In this document: positions 19,840-28,945 of the stretch, in pieces | Layout of the letters: every line of letters starts with the position of its first letter | Numbering within the stretch: position 1 is the first letter of the stretch | NCBI GenBank assembly: GCA_964645535.1 | Contig: CAZYCQ010000027.1 | Location: forward strand, 1 to 42,561 | Direction of reading: 5' to 3' | Length of the DNA: 42,561 bases | From: an uncultured archaeon | Lineage (GTDB): Archaea; Asgardarchaeota; Heimdallarchaeia; Heimdallarchaeales; Kariarchaeaceae | Notes under the pieces: model-generated | The model's database searches: none | What the model was told of the DNA's origin: nothing | Seen by the model: only the letters and a program-made list of their open reading frames with translations | Program-made: the position numbers and the translations under genes

Positions 19840-21324
19840 TTAGAACTCTATCCAATTTTGTGATTTCTCAACTGCTTTTTTCCAGAAAATTTTTCTTGCC
19901 TCTTCATCTTCAAGTTTCGATTTTGGTTTGTATCTTTTCTCAGCTGGGTTCAATTTCCTTATTTCATCAATACTATCCCACAAATGTCCCAAACCGGCCA
20001 TCAATCCTGCTCCAAAAGCAGTGGTTTCCAAGTTGCTTGGGATAACGACATCGAGCCTGCTGATATCCGCTTGCCTTTGCATTAAAAGGTTGGAATTGGT
20101 GATTCCTCCATCCACTCTAAGTTCGTTGAGGTTGATTTTTGCTTCTTCAGCCATAATTTTCAAAAGATCGTCAGTCTGGTAGGCAATGCTTTCAAGTGTA
20201 GAATAAACAATGTCTTCTTTTCCGCTATCTCTTGTAAGACCAATGATCATACCTCGTGCTGTTGAATCCCAATGGGGTGCACCAAGACCAACAAAAGCCG
20301 GAACAAAAAATACCGACCCATTTTTATTGGCACCCTCTGCAAGGCCATCAATTTCCGAATAGTCTTTGATCAATCCCAATTTGTCTCTCAACCAAAGAAG
20401 AGCTGCACCTGTAACAAAAACACTTCCTTCCAATGCATAGGTAAGCTTGTTTTCAATCTGCCAGCCGACAGTGGTCAAGAGACCTTTATTGGATGAAACA
20501 GGGGTTGAACCAGTATTCATCAAAACAAAATTGCCAGTTCCGTACGTGCATTTGATATTCCCGGTTTCGAATGCCCCATGTCCAAAAAGGGCCGCCTGTT
20601 GATCGCCCAACACCCCAGTTATCGGCACTTGGGAACCATTCTGTTCCAAGATCCCAAAACTTTCAGATTTGTTTGGAACAACCTTAGGAAGTGTTTCAAT
20701 TGGTACTCCTAAGATTTCGCAAAGTTCCTCATCCCAATCACCGGAATGGATGTTATAAAGCAAGGTACGGCTGGCATTGGAGGCATCTGTCGTGTGGGAA
20801 CCAGTAAGTGAATAGATTAACCAAGAATCAATGGTTCCGAATTGAAGGGTGCCTTTACCTAAAGCAGTCTTCACTTTTGGGACATTCTCGATCATCCATT
20901 TCATTTTAGTTCCTGAAAAATATGCATCAAGAACAAGACCGGTTTTTTTCAGGAAAACTTCATCAAATCTTTCTTCTTTGAGGTTTTGAACAATTGGGGC
21001 AGTTCTCCTGCATTGCCACACAATGGCATTGTATAATGGTTTTCCTGTTTGTTTGTCCCAAGCGATCACCGTTTCTCTTTGATTGGTAATTCCAATGACA
21101 TCAACATCCCCCCAATCAAGATTGACATTTTGTAATGCCTTTGCGGAGGTATGTCGTACATTTTCAATTATTTCCAAAGGATTATGCTCTACCCACGCAG
21201 GATTGGGGAAAATTTGCTCATGTTCCAATTGGAAAGAAGACCGTATGTTTCCACTTTCATCCATGACCAGTGATCTTGTGCTTGAAGTTCCCTGATCAAT
21301 TGTTAATACAAAGCCCATACCCAT
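19840..21324 (-). CDS. glpK: Glycerol kinase
   Basis: IDQGTSSTR, GITNQRET, AIVWQCRRT, YFSGTK, GDQQAALFG, KCTYGTG, ALEGS, LRVDGG. Confidence 0.96.
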   Translation of the reverse strand: MGMGFVLTIDQGTSSTRSLVMDESGNIRSSFQLEHEQIFPNPAWVEHNPLEIIENVRHTSAKALQNVNLDWGDVDVIGITNQRETVIAWDKQTGKPLYNAIVWQCRRTAPIVQNLKEERFDEVFLKKTGLVLDAYFSGTKMKWMIENVPKVKTALGKGTLQFGTIDSWLIYSLTGSHTTDASNASRTLLYNIHSGDWDEELCEILGVPIETLPKVVPNKSESFGILEQNGSQVPITGVLGDQQAALFGHGAFETGNIKCTYGTGNFVLMNTGSTPVSSNKGLLTTVGWQIENKLTYALEGSVFVTGAALLWLRDKLGLIKDYSEIDGLAEGANKNGSVFFVPAFVGLGAPHWDSTARGMIIGLTRDSGKEDIVYSTLESIAYQTDDLLKIMAEEAKINLNELRVDGGITNSNLLMQRQADISRLDVVIPSNLETTAFGAGLMAGLGHLWDSIDEIRKLNPAEKRYKPKSKLEDEEARKIFWKKAVEKSQNWIEF

Positions 21325-21374
21325 AATTTTGATTGCCTTTATAGAAATTTACCTCGTAAAAGGAAAATTTACGA

Positions 21375-22715
21375 TTAGTTGAATATCGGTTTTTTGTCTG
21401 GAGTGTTTCTATTGTCAAAAATCCTTCCAAGAGGAAAATAAAATACCAATCCAACCATTACAATAATTATTGCAGCCATAAATGCAACCCTATAAGCCTG
21501 AAGATCAGTAGTTCCAATACTGTAAATCATGTAATCGCTGATTGGGCCAGTTATCAGGGTTCCTGCAATTCCAAATGAGAGCATAAAGGTGGCATTATAC
21601 CATGAAAATATCCGTCCTCTCCAATCAGGAGGGATCAGTGATGAGATTAGAGAATAGCTAGTGACTTGAATCACGATCTGGGCAGTTCCAATCAGGAACG
21701 CACTGATAAGAGAGAGTTCAAAAGAAGGAGCAAATATCAGCCAAAAGAAACCAACCATCGCAGAGATGACTCCCAGAATGAACATTTGAGGTTCTTTCTT
21801 TTTCAATGCTTTTGTATTCAACAAGAAGCTCCAGAACATAACTGCAATTGAAGAGATATTACGAAACAATCCTAAACCTTCTCCACCAACATTGAATCCA
21901 TTGTCTGAAGCAAGGTATAACTGGGTGATCAAAATAACAGAATTTCGACCGAAGTTTATAAGGATCAAAGCTATGAGAAACATTGTGATAAGGCGATGAT
22001 TTGGAATTTCCTTGAATCGTTTGTAAAGTTCAGGAACCTCTCCCGTCGACATTTGATTCTTTCCATTAATTACCTCCATTGCTTGATCAACGTCTTTTTG
22101 TTTTATTGAAATTGCAACCAACAATCCTGAAAGAACCATGATTAAGGCAGGAATATAGAACAAAAGACCTTCAGAGAAGCCTTTTCCATCGAGGAAAAGA
22201 AAGCCGCCAATTGATGCGCCAACCAAGCCCCCAATCCCCCCAATGAAGGAAAGAAGAGCCATAAGCTGCGATCTCTCCTCCTCTTTGGTAAGATCCGAAA
22301 TGATAGCAGACCATCCAACATTTGACATGCTCCAAAAAACTTCGATTCCCGCCAATCCAAAAATTATTGAGAAACCTCCTAACAAAAGATTGTGGTTCAT
22401 GATTTCAGATTTATGCCAAAAATACACTAGGATATGGCCTACGCCTGCAAGACCCTCTCCAATGGAAATAAACCAAGATGGCTTATGGAAACGATCTAGA
22501 AGACGTCCCCAGATGAGGGTTTGAGTTGCAGTATTGGCAATCATTCCAATCGTGCCAAGAAGGGTCACCTGAGTCGTTGTTAGACCCATATTTTCCCTTA
22601 GGTAGACAATGACGAAAGTATAGAAAATAGCCCTTCGAAAGAAAGCAAGGAATTGGAATGTTGAAAGCCCAACCAGATGAGAGCTTTTCATGAATTCAAA
22701 ACGTAAGGTTACCAC
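21375..22715 (-). CDS. MFS transporter
   Basis: About 12 TM segments, WGRLLDRF motif A-like, PPDWRGRIFS. Start may be ATG at about 22691. Confidence 0.85.
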   Translation of the reverse strand: MVTLRFEFMKSSHLVGLSTFQFLAFFRRAIFYTFVIVYLRENMGLTTTQVTLLGTIGMIANTATQTLIWGRLLDRFHKPSWFISIGEGLAGVGHILVYFWHKSEIMNHNLLLGGFSIIFGLAGIEVFWSMSNVGWSAIISDLTKEEERSQLMALLSFIGGIGGLVGASIGGFLFLDGKGFSEGLLFYIPALIMVLSGLLVAISIKQKDVDQAMEVINGKNQMSTGEVPELYKRFKEIPNHRLITMFLIALILINFGRNSVILITQLYLASDNGFNVGGEGLGLFRNISSIAVMFWSFLLNTKALKKKEPQMFILGVISAMVGFFWLIFAPSFELSLISAFLIGTAQIVIQVTSYSLISSLIPPDWRGRIFSWYNATFMLSFGIAGTLITGPISDYMIYSIGTTDLQAYRVAFMAAIIIVMVGLVFYFPLGRIFDNRNTPDKKPIFN

Positions 22716-22782
22716 AGGATATGCTAATCCCCATTCCCTAAAAATTGAAGGAAATGGACAAAATAAAAATGGAACAGGCGAA

Positions 22783-22900
22783 TGACCCGAGTGGGACTTT
22801 CGGAAGAGTTCCGCAGATTTTCTTCTATCGAACCCACAGCTAGGGAGATTTGTGGATTACTCCACCACAATCCCCAATGTTACCATTACACCATCGGGTC
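22783..22900 (-). tRNA. tRNA-His(GTG) with two BHB introns (37/38: 22848-22864, 17 nt; 59/60: 22797-22826, 30 nt); CCA not encoded
   Basis: Spliced sequence GACCCGA TG GTGT AATGGTA ACAT T GGGGA TTGTGG|C TCCCT AGCT GTGGG TTCGAT|T CCCAC TCGGGTC A folds to a full cloverleaf with an A15:U48 pair. Both introns form bulge-helix-bulge motifs. Confidence 0.93.
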
Positions 22901-22945
22901 TAAGCTCAGGTTGTCGCCTGTTCCGATTGTTCCTTGATTTTACAA

Positions 22946-22960
22946 TTATTAAAATTTTTC
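22946..22960 (-). promoter_or_regulatory. Putative BRE/TATA promoter of tRNA-His
   Basis: Minus strand reads GAAAAAT-TTTAATAA, about 29 nt upstream of the leader start at 22924. Confidence 0.5.
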
Positions 22961-23240
22961 AAGAAGAACAGTTCGGAGAACAGCTAGATATGGCAACTTT
23001 GTTCGCGAAGAAGAGAAGGAAATCCAGAAGTCCTTTCATTTTTGAATTGCCGTCAACTGCAATGGGATCAAATGGCTATTTGGAACCATTGAAAAGAGGA
23101 AGAATATCTCCAGAAAGCACAAAATGTTTCAAGGGGTTGGGATCTATCACATCATTTCTACTTATCAGACATTATAAATGTCGGTTTGATTTCCATGATG
23201 TATCAATCAAACCTGATTAAAAAAATCAAGGGCTAGATAC

Positions 23241-23552
23241 CTATTGTTCTTGGATTGTTTCTTCCACCCATTTTTCATATTCTGCTGTGGAACTTACTTC
23301 ATAAGTCAAAATTTGAGGTAAATCATAAGGATGGAATTTCTTAAGATAGGTTAAGAGTTTCTCTTTGGAATTGACTGAGTGCTTGAAAGTGATTTCAATT
23401 TCATTTTCAGTGATCCACTTCCCCTTCCAAAAGTAAGTTGATTGAATTTCCTTACTCTGCGCGCAAGCAAAAAGCTTGTATTTTCTTAATTCGGCAATCA
23501 GGTTCTTTTCCTCATTCCATGACGCAACGGTTGTAACAGTTTCCAAGATCAT
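23241..23552 (-). CDS. cutA: Divalent-cation tolerance protein CutA
   Basis: LFACAQ, QSTYFWKGK, ENE, HPYDLPQI, AEYEKWV. Confidence 0.88.
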   Translation of the reverse strand: MILETVTTVASWNEEKNLIAELRKYKLFACAQSKEIQSTYFWKGKWITENEIEITFKHSVNSKEKLLTYLKKFHPYDLPQILTYEVSSTAEYEKWVEETIQEQ

Positions 23553-23587
23553 CCTTTTAGTATTGGTTTATAATCAATTAATAGCTT

Positions 23588-24127
23588 TTAGTAGTCGTCA
23601 TCATCATAAAGGAAAAACTCATCGTCATATTCACTATAATAGTCGTCCCCAGAATCAAAATTAAGATCATTTTCGTAATCAAAGTCTGCATCTTCATCAA
23701 AAGACAGTTCTTCAGCAGTTTCGCCGACCTCATCGGCAATGAGATCTGCCATGTCATCTCCATCCATAAGTTTGTCAAAATCAGAAAGGTCAAGAACTTC
23801 AGCGCGAACAATCCATGTCTGGAATGGCTTTTCATTCAAAATTTCAGGATTATCAGCCACTGCAAAGTTAACTTCATTCACCACCAATGACATTGGGGAT
23901 TTCAGGACATAGTCTTTTGAGATGGATTCAATTTTAATGAAAGGTGTTCCTTCAGCAAATCTTTGAGATTTTTGAGGAAGTTCAATATCGATGATGTCTT
24001 TTAGTTCTTGCTGTCCATAATCAGTCAAGCCAATCTCGACTTCATTGTCGCTTTCTCTATTAATCCAAATGTAGGTATCATAATAGTAGTAATCTAAGTT
24101 TACTTCATATTTTCCAATCTTAACCAT
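23588..24127 (-). CDS. Glycine cleavage H-protein-like protein with acidic tail; lipoyl Lys apparently substituted
   Basis: IGLTDYGQQELKDIIDIELP, IESISK, SPMS..VNEVN, NPEILNEKPF..WI. D/E/Y-rich C-terminus. Confidence 0.85.
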   Translation of the reverse strand: MVKIGKYEVNLDYYYYDTYIWINRESDNEVEIGLTDYGQQELKDIIDIELPQKSQRFAEGTPFIKIESISKDYVLKSPMSLVVNEVNFAVADNPEILNEKPFQTWIVRAEVLDLSDFDKLMDGDDMADLIADEVGETAEELSFDEDADFDYENDLNFDSGDDYYSEYDDEFFLYDDDDY

Positions 24128-24313
24128 GATTTTCACACTCTTTCAGTGGCTTCAATTGACTTGCATTCAAGTCATTTTTAGGTTTATTGATTATGGTTCT
24201 TCATTGATTTTTCCATATTTAACCTTTATTGAGTGAGCTTCCTACCATTGAAATTGAGTAAAAAACATATACCAATCGATCATAAATTAAAGGGTTAAAT
24301 CAGAGAGGGGTCA

Positions 24314-26692
24314 ATGATCACCCAATTGATTGATTGGATCTCTCTTAATGGGATAAGAGCTGTCGGTTTAGGGATAGCAATCATATCGTTGTTTTTCTTG
24401 ATTTCAGAACTTCGGGTTTATTTTCGGCATAATTCAAGTGAAGAAATGCTTTGGTTTTGGCTTTCAGCATTTTTGACAGGAATGACAACGTTCGGATTTG
24501 ACGACATTGCATTGGGCTTCTTTTTTGGAATCAGTGTCTTGATGATCCAACAGACCTATTCTTTAAGAGATGTACCTGTTTGGGGAAAACTGATGTTGGC
24601 GACTACGGCGTCATATCTAACCATTCTAGTCGGGAAGATTGCGCAGATGATCTTCAATGCCGTGACTGGGGCACCTGAAAGCGATGAAAGAATTTTTGCG
24701 ATTGCATTCTCTTCAGCATTTTTTGTTTTCCTGATTGTTTCATTTATCTTCTTCGGGAAAAAGTTCATCTTGGTTTCTAGGTTTTCTTCTCCACAGATTG
24801 TTTACCTTCTTCTTTTCGGGGTCATATATTTTGCAATTGCAACAAGATTGAAGGAATTAAGAGAATTATTCTACTTAGATACAGTCCCTAAGGAAATCGC
24901 GAGACATGTCCTCTTTCTTTCATTTGGAGTTTACGAAATCCTTGCTATCGTCATGGTTTTGATGTACATGATTTCGGGATGGCTGTTGCATGTATTATTT
25001 GGAGTGAAAAATGTAGAGGACGAGTTCATTCTTTCAAAGGTGAGTGAAATTGCCTCTAAATTGGGAATCAAAGGAAAGGTGAAGGTTGGTTATGTTCGTG
25101 CCCCCATCCTTAATGCTTTTGCCTATGGTCCATTTTTTGACAAACGGATTGCATTCATCAGTAGCAACTTAGAAGATTTCACTGAATCAGATCTAAACGG
25201 GATCGTAGGACATGAACTTGCCCATACTGCAAAGAACCATGTCTTGCTTCTGCTTGGGCTTTCCATTTTCGAATTGGCCTTGAAAAAAGCCCTATTGCTT
25301 CCCGCGACCCAATTAGATTATGCAGTTTTTAGTGAGGGGCTGACTGTTGATTTTGTAACATATATTATTATTAGCTACGGATTGGTGATATTTCTTTACA
25401 TCTTTGTCCGAGCCCTTGAGGGTCATGCAGATAAGGTAACAAAGGATGTAGGCTATGGTGAGGACTTAAGCAAGGCACTGTATAGGTTGGAAGGTTTTTA
25501 CCAAGGAGTGGCCGCAGATTTTGGAATTTCAGTCAATCTCCTGACTGACAAAAAATATACAAAAGAGGAAAAAGAGCGATTTGAAGCGTTGGCAGGAAGA
25601 AGAATATACAGGGAGACGATCCAACCAACAAGAGGGGCTGCATTTTCAAATATTTTCGTATCGCATCCTCGAACCAGCTATAGAATCGCGGCACTAGTCA
25701 CTGATAAAATCACCCCAGCAAAGGCAGCATTCCTTCCTTATCGACTGGTGTGGTTTAGGAGGAAAGGACCGATAGAAATTCTAAGATCAGCTCATGAGCA
25801 GACAAGGGAAATCTTGGATTCTACCTTTGTAGAGGATTTTGGGGAAACAGCATTTGAACGATTATTTGAAATTCTACCTTTCGAAGAAGAGTACAAATTT
25901 TATGTTGGTAAGAATGTGTTGTTGGTAAATCTGCTTTCAGGTGATGTCACTGAAGGAGTATTGGAAAAACTTGAAAAGGTAAAATCAGTGACAAATCCCA
26001 TTGCTTTCATCGTGAATGGAAAACATTTCCCCTCAGGAGATCACGCAATCAAAATTTTGAATCTTGATCAACCAACGATTTGCAAAAACGGAGAAATTTT
26101 CTATCCGGAATCATATCGTTTAGATGAAGAAGAAGGGGTTATCGTTCAAGGAAAGAAAGGAAACCAAAAAATGGAGGTCAGGTTCAAAGACCTTGGGCTT
26201 CCTGTAGAAGAATTACAAAATTTGGTTGGCAGAAACGTCTTTCTTTATGAGAAAGGAAAATCTCGGTTGGTTAAGCTGAACGCAATGGAGATTCAAGAGA
26301 AATGGAGTAGATTCAAAATTCAACTAGGTGATGAATGGGAAAATGGGGAAGAGTTTATTGTAGGATTCTCACCCATTGGAGTTGAATTCAAGAAAGAAAA
26401 AACAGAGGAAGATTTCAATATTCTGGAATCCAATATTGGTAAAAAGATTGGAATTTATTCAAAAGAAAATTATGATATTCTTATCCCAGGAGTTCTTGAA
26501 AAGGTTGACCGAGAAAACAACACCATCACCATGAAAGAGGAAAATGGTTCAAAAGAGCACAAATTGGAACTGATTGATTATATTCTCACCTATGAGCCAA
26601 ATATAGAATTGATACGAAAAGATCATATTTCAATTTTCACGAAATTAGGGATTTGGTGGGAAAATCGGAAAGGATTCAACTACATTTCCTGA
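24314..26692 (+). CDS. Multi-pass membrane M48 (HtpX/Ste24-like) zinc metalloprotease with long soluble C-terminal region
   Basis: LNAFAYG, GIVGHELAH, EGHAD, SHP..SYRI, multiple TM segments. Confidence 0.85.
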   Translation: MITQLIDWISLNGIRAVGLGIAIISLFFLISELRVYFRHNSSEEMLWFWLSAFLTGMTTFGFDDIALGFFFGISVLMIQQTYSLRDVPVWGKLMLATTASYLTILVGKIAQMIFNAVTGAPESDERIFAIAFSSAFFVFLIVSFIFFGKKFILVSRFSSPQIVYLLLFGVIYFAIATRLKELRELFYLDTVPKEIARHVLFLSFGVYEILAIVMVLMYMISGWLLHVLFGVKNVEDEFILSKVSEIASKLGIKGKVKVGYVRAPILNAFAYGPFFDKRIAFISSNLEDFTESDLNGIVGHELAHTAKNHVLLLLGLSIFELALKKALLLPATQLDYAVFSEGLTVDFVTYIIISYGLVIFLYIFVRALEGHADKVTKDVGYGEDLSKALYRLEGFYQGVAADFGISVNLLTDKKYTKEEKERFEALAGRRIYRETIQPTRGAAFSNIFVSHPRTSYRIAALVTDKITPAKAAFLPYRLVWFRRKGPIEILRSAHEQTREILDSTFVEDFGETAFERLFEILPFEEEYKFYVGKNVLLVNLLSGDVTEGVLEKLEKVKSVTNPIAFIVNGKHFPSGDHAIKILNLDQPTICKNGEIFYPESYRLDEEEGVIVQGKKGNQKMEVRFKDLGLPVEELQNLVGRNVFLYEKGKSRLVKLNAMEIQEKWSRFKIQLGDEWENGEEFIVGFSPIGVEFKKEKTEEDFNILESNIGKKIGIYSKENYDILIPGVLEKVDRENNTITMKEENGSKEHKLELIDYILTYEPNIELIRKDHISIFTKLGIWWENRKGFNYIS

Positions 26693-28368
26693 TCCTCATC
26701 AGCCAACCATTTTTGAGATGAATTGAGTTTCTTTTCAAATCGTTCCAATAATGATCCAACTGATTTTTCATCAATGTCCTTTTGTTGGGTTTCCTTTTTC
26801 TCCATTTTTTCGGATTTTGTGTGTATGTCTTCTTCAGGCATTTCAGAAATTTCGTGAGTTTCGAATTGTTTAGGAGCTTCCTTCATTTCAAGCTGTTCCA
26901 AAAGTGCATCTTTTAGGCTCTTTTCCTCTTTTAATTGGAGAGTAGGTTCACTTTCCTCAATTGCAAAACTATTTGGGGTATCATTGCTCTCTTCATTCAC
27001 CTGGACAAATTCGTTAGTTAAGTCAAGAGTGGTAGATTGTGGTTCTTGATCAAGATCTAGTTTCTGATTAAGTTGGGGTGCTTCTGTTTCTTTTTCGAAC
27101 ATTTCATCCAATTCTTTCTTGATTTTTAGTGGCTCTTCCATGGATCCAGTAAGGTCAATCAATCTATTTCTCAATTGGACAATTTCTGATTGAAGTTGAA
27201 TTTTCTCAATCAGGAACTCTCTTTTTATTTCTTCCAGTTTGGTTTCCATGAGATTACCTAATGCAATGGAAAGAAGGTCTTCTATTATCGGAAGCAAACC
27301 ATAAGGATCTTTGTTAGCAACTTCCTTTATTTCTTCCTTAAGATTATAGAGATCAACAGTGGGGTCTTTTGTTCTAATTGCGTTAAAAAGTGATGTAAGA
27401 TGTTTTTTCAGTTCCTCAATGGTATCTTGCGATCGTTCTACTGCCGGTTGGGTTGATAGATCTTCTTTTATAACCCTGGTTAAGGTCATCATATCTTTTT
27501 TGAGATCAAGTATATCAGATTTCCCCATCATTTCCTCAAATGTGTCTTTTTCCTTCTCAGGCAATCCTTCTGAAATTTTGTTGGCCTTTAGATTTACAAT
27601 CTCCTTCCTTAATTCATCATTCATTTTCTCTTTAGATAGAAGATCCTTTTCGAGAAATTCAATTCTTGAATTGGCCTGTCCCAACTTAAGCTCCAATTCC
27701 TCTACTCTTTTCATCAACGTTTCCGAATTCCGTTGGAGAGATATATTCTGTTCCATGAGTTGAACATTATCAAAAGTCAGTTTTTCAATCACTTCTTTTT
27801 GATCTTCAATTTCCTGTTCATAGGCACTTAATTTCTGATCTAAAAGAACCGCTTCGGTTACTGCATCTGAAGAGAGAGTAGATTGTGAGTTCAATTCACT
27901 TTTAAGCATCATGACCTCTTGTTGAAGTTTCTCCACCATTTCAGTTTTTGCTTTTGATTCTTCTTCAAGAGCCTTTATCTCCTCTTCAGTAAGTGAAAGT
28001 TGAGTGGCAACATCCCGTTCTAGTTTTTCAAGGAGGTTTGCAATGTATTCCCTTCTCTCGTTCAGCTCTTTCGTGACTTTCTGAACCTCTCGTTCTTTTA
28101 TGGATACCTCTTTTTTCAGCTCTTCCAATGTATCCAAAAGGGTTGAAATCTCAAAGACAAAACTTGTGAAGATATCTTTTGTAAGTGGGTGAAATGCGTC
28201 CCAGAATCTTCTCATCAATGCATCAAATTTTCGATGCGTTGTTGAGAGTTTGAGGAAGTCATAATCGGGAATTTCATCGGTCTGAAAAAACCGCGTATAA
28301 TCCTTTACAAGCTGAAAGAGAGAGGTCACCGGAAAAATCTTGGATTCCTTGAAAATAAAGGTTACCAT
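26680..28368 (-). CDS. Long coiled-coil protein of unknown function
   Basis: E/K/L-rich heptad pattern over about aa 70-265 and 370-410; acidic low-complexity C-terminus; no Walker motifs. Confidence 0.75.
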   Translation of the reverse strand: MVTFIFKESKIFPVTSLFQLVKDYTRFFQTDEIPDYDFLKLSTTHRKFDALMRRFWDAFHPLTKDIFTSFVFEISTLLDTLEELKKEVSIKEREVQKVTKELNERREYIANLLEKLERDVATQLSLTEEEIKALEEESKAKTEMVEKLQQEVMMLKSELNSQSTLSSDAVTEAVLLDQKLSAYEQEIEDQKEVIEKLTFDNVQLMEQNISLQRNSETLMKRVEELELKLGQANSRIEFLEKDLLSKEKMNDELRKEIVNLKANKISEGLPEKEKDTFEEMMGKSDILDLKKDMMTLTRVIKEDLSTQPAVERSQDTIEELKKHLTSLFNAIRTKDPTVDLYNLKEEIKEVANKDPYGLLPIIEDLLSIALGNLMETKLEEIKREFLIEKIQLQSEIVQLRNRLIDLTGSMEEPLKIKKELDEMFEKETEAPQLNQKLDLDQEPQSTTLDLTNEFVQVNEESNDTPNSFAIEESEPTLQLKEEKSLKDALLEQLEMKEAPKQFETHEISEMPEEDIHTKSEKMEKKETQQKDIDEKSVGSLLERFEKKLNSSQKWLADEDQEM

Positions 28369-28381
28369 CTTGAGTTCCCAA

Positions 28382-28840
28382 TTATTTTATCAAAGATTCA
28401 ACAGATTTGGCAATGGCAAAATCACATAACTCGTCTTGATTTGTAGGGTTCATCTTTTTGTAAAAATGTTTTACATTGTCATTTGGGGTAAGAAATGGAA
28501 GTCCACCAGTAATTCTCATGGAATCCAACTCCAAGGGTTTTGTTGAGACAATGACAACCGTTTTTGAGGTTTCTTTCAGCTCAAAATAAGACAGAGCATT
28601 CTTGATTTGTGTTTCCCCAGAAAGTTTGAGAAGAAGTTCAATTCCGAATGTGGATGAGAAATTCGTTTTTGTTTCATATGCAAGATGCGTTAGAAGAATG
28701 GCATTCAGCAGTTGTTCTTTGCAGATCAGATATTCTGAGTCAAAAAATGCTAAGACAGAAGGATTTTCAATGAGTTCTTCCTTGAGTTGACTGATTTCTA
28801 GAGGTTTTTCGATATCACCATTATAAATCCATATATCCAT
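28382..28840 (-). CDS. cgi121: KEOPS complex subunit Cgi121
   Basis: QLLNAI..AY...NFSSTFGIELLLKLSGETQIKNAL matches the Cgi121/TPRKB signature. Confidence 0.8.
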   Translation of the reverse strand: MDIWIYNGDIEKPLEISQLKEELIENPSVLAFFDSEYLICKEQLLNAILLTHLAYETKTNFSSTFGIELLLKLSGETQIKNALSYFELKETSKTVVIVSTKPLELDSMRITGGLPFLTPNDNVKHFYKKMNPTNQDELCDFAIAKSVESLIK

Positions 28841-28945
28841 TTTATGTGGGTAAGAAGGGAGAAGATAAAATCATTTCCATTTGAACGTCCTGAGATAACA
28901 TAGAGAGATTACCTTTCCTTATGAGACAACAAACGTAATCTCCAA

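Noticed and set aside
22852-23220. 122-aa plus-strand ORF
   Set aside because: It overlaps the tRNA and its promoter and has no recognisable motif. The stretch 22960-23240 remains unexplained.
26680-28368. SMC/Rad50 call for the coiled-coil protein
   Set aside because: No Walker A/B, signature, hinge or zinc-hook motif.
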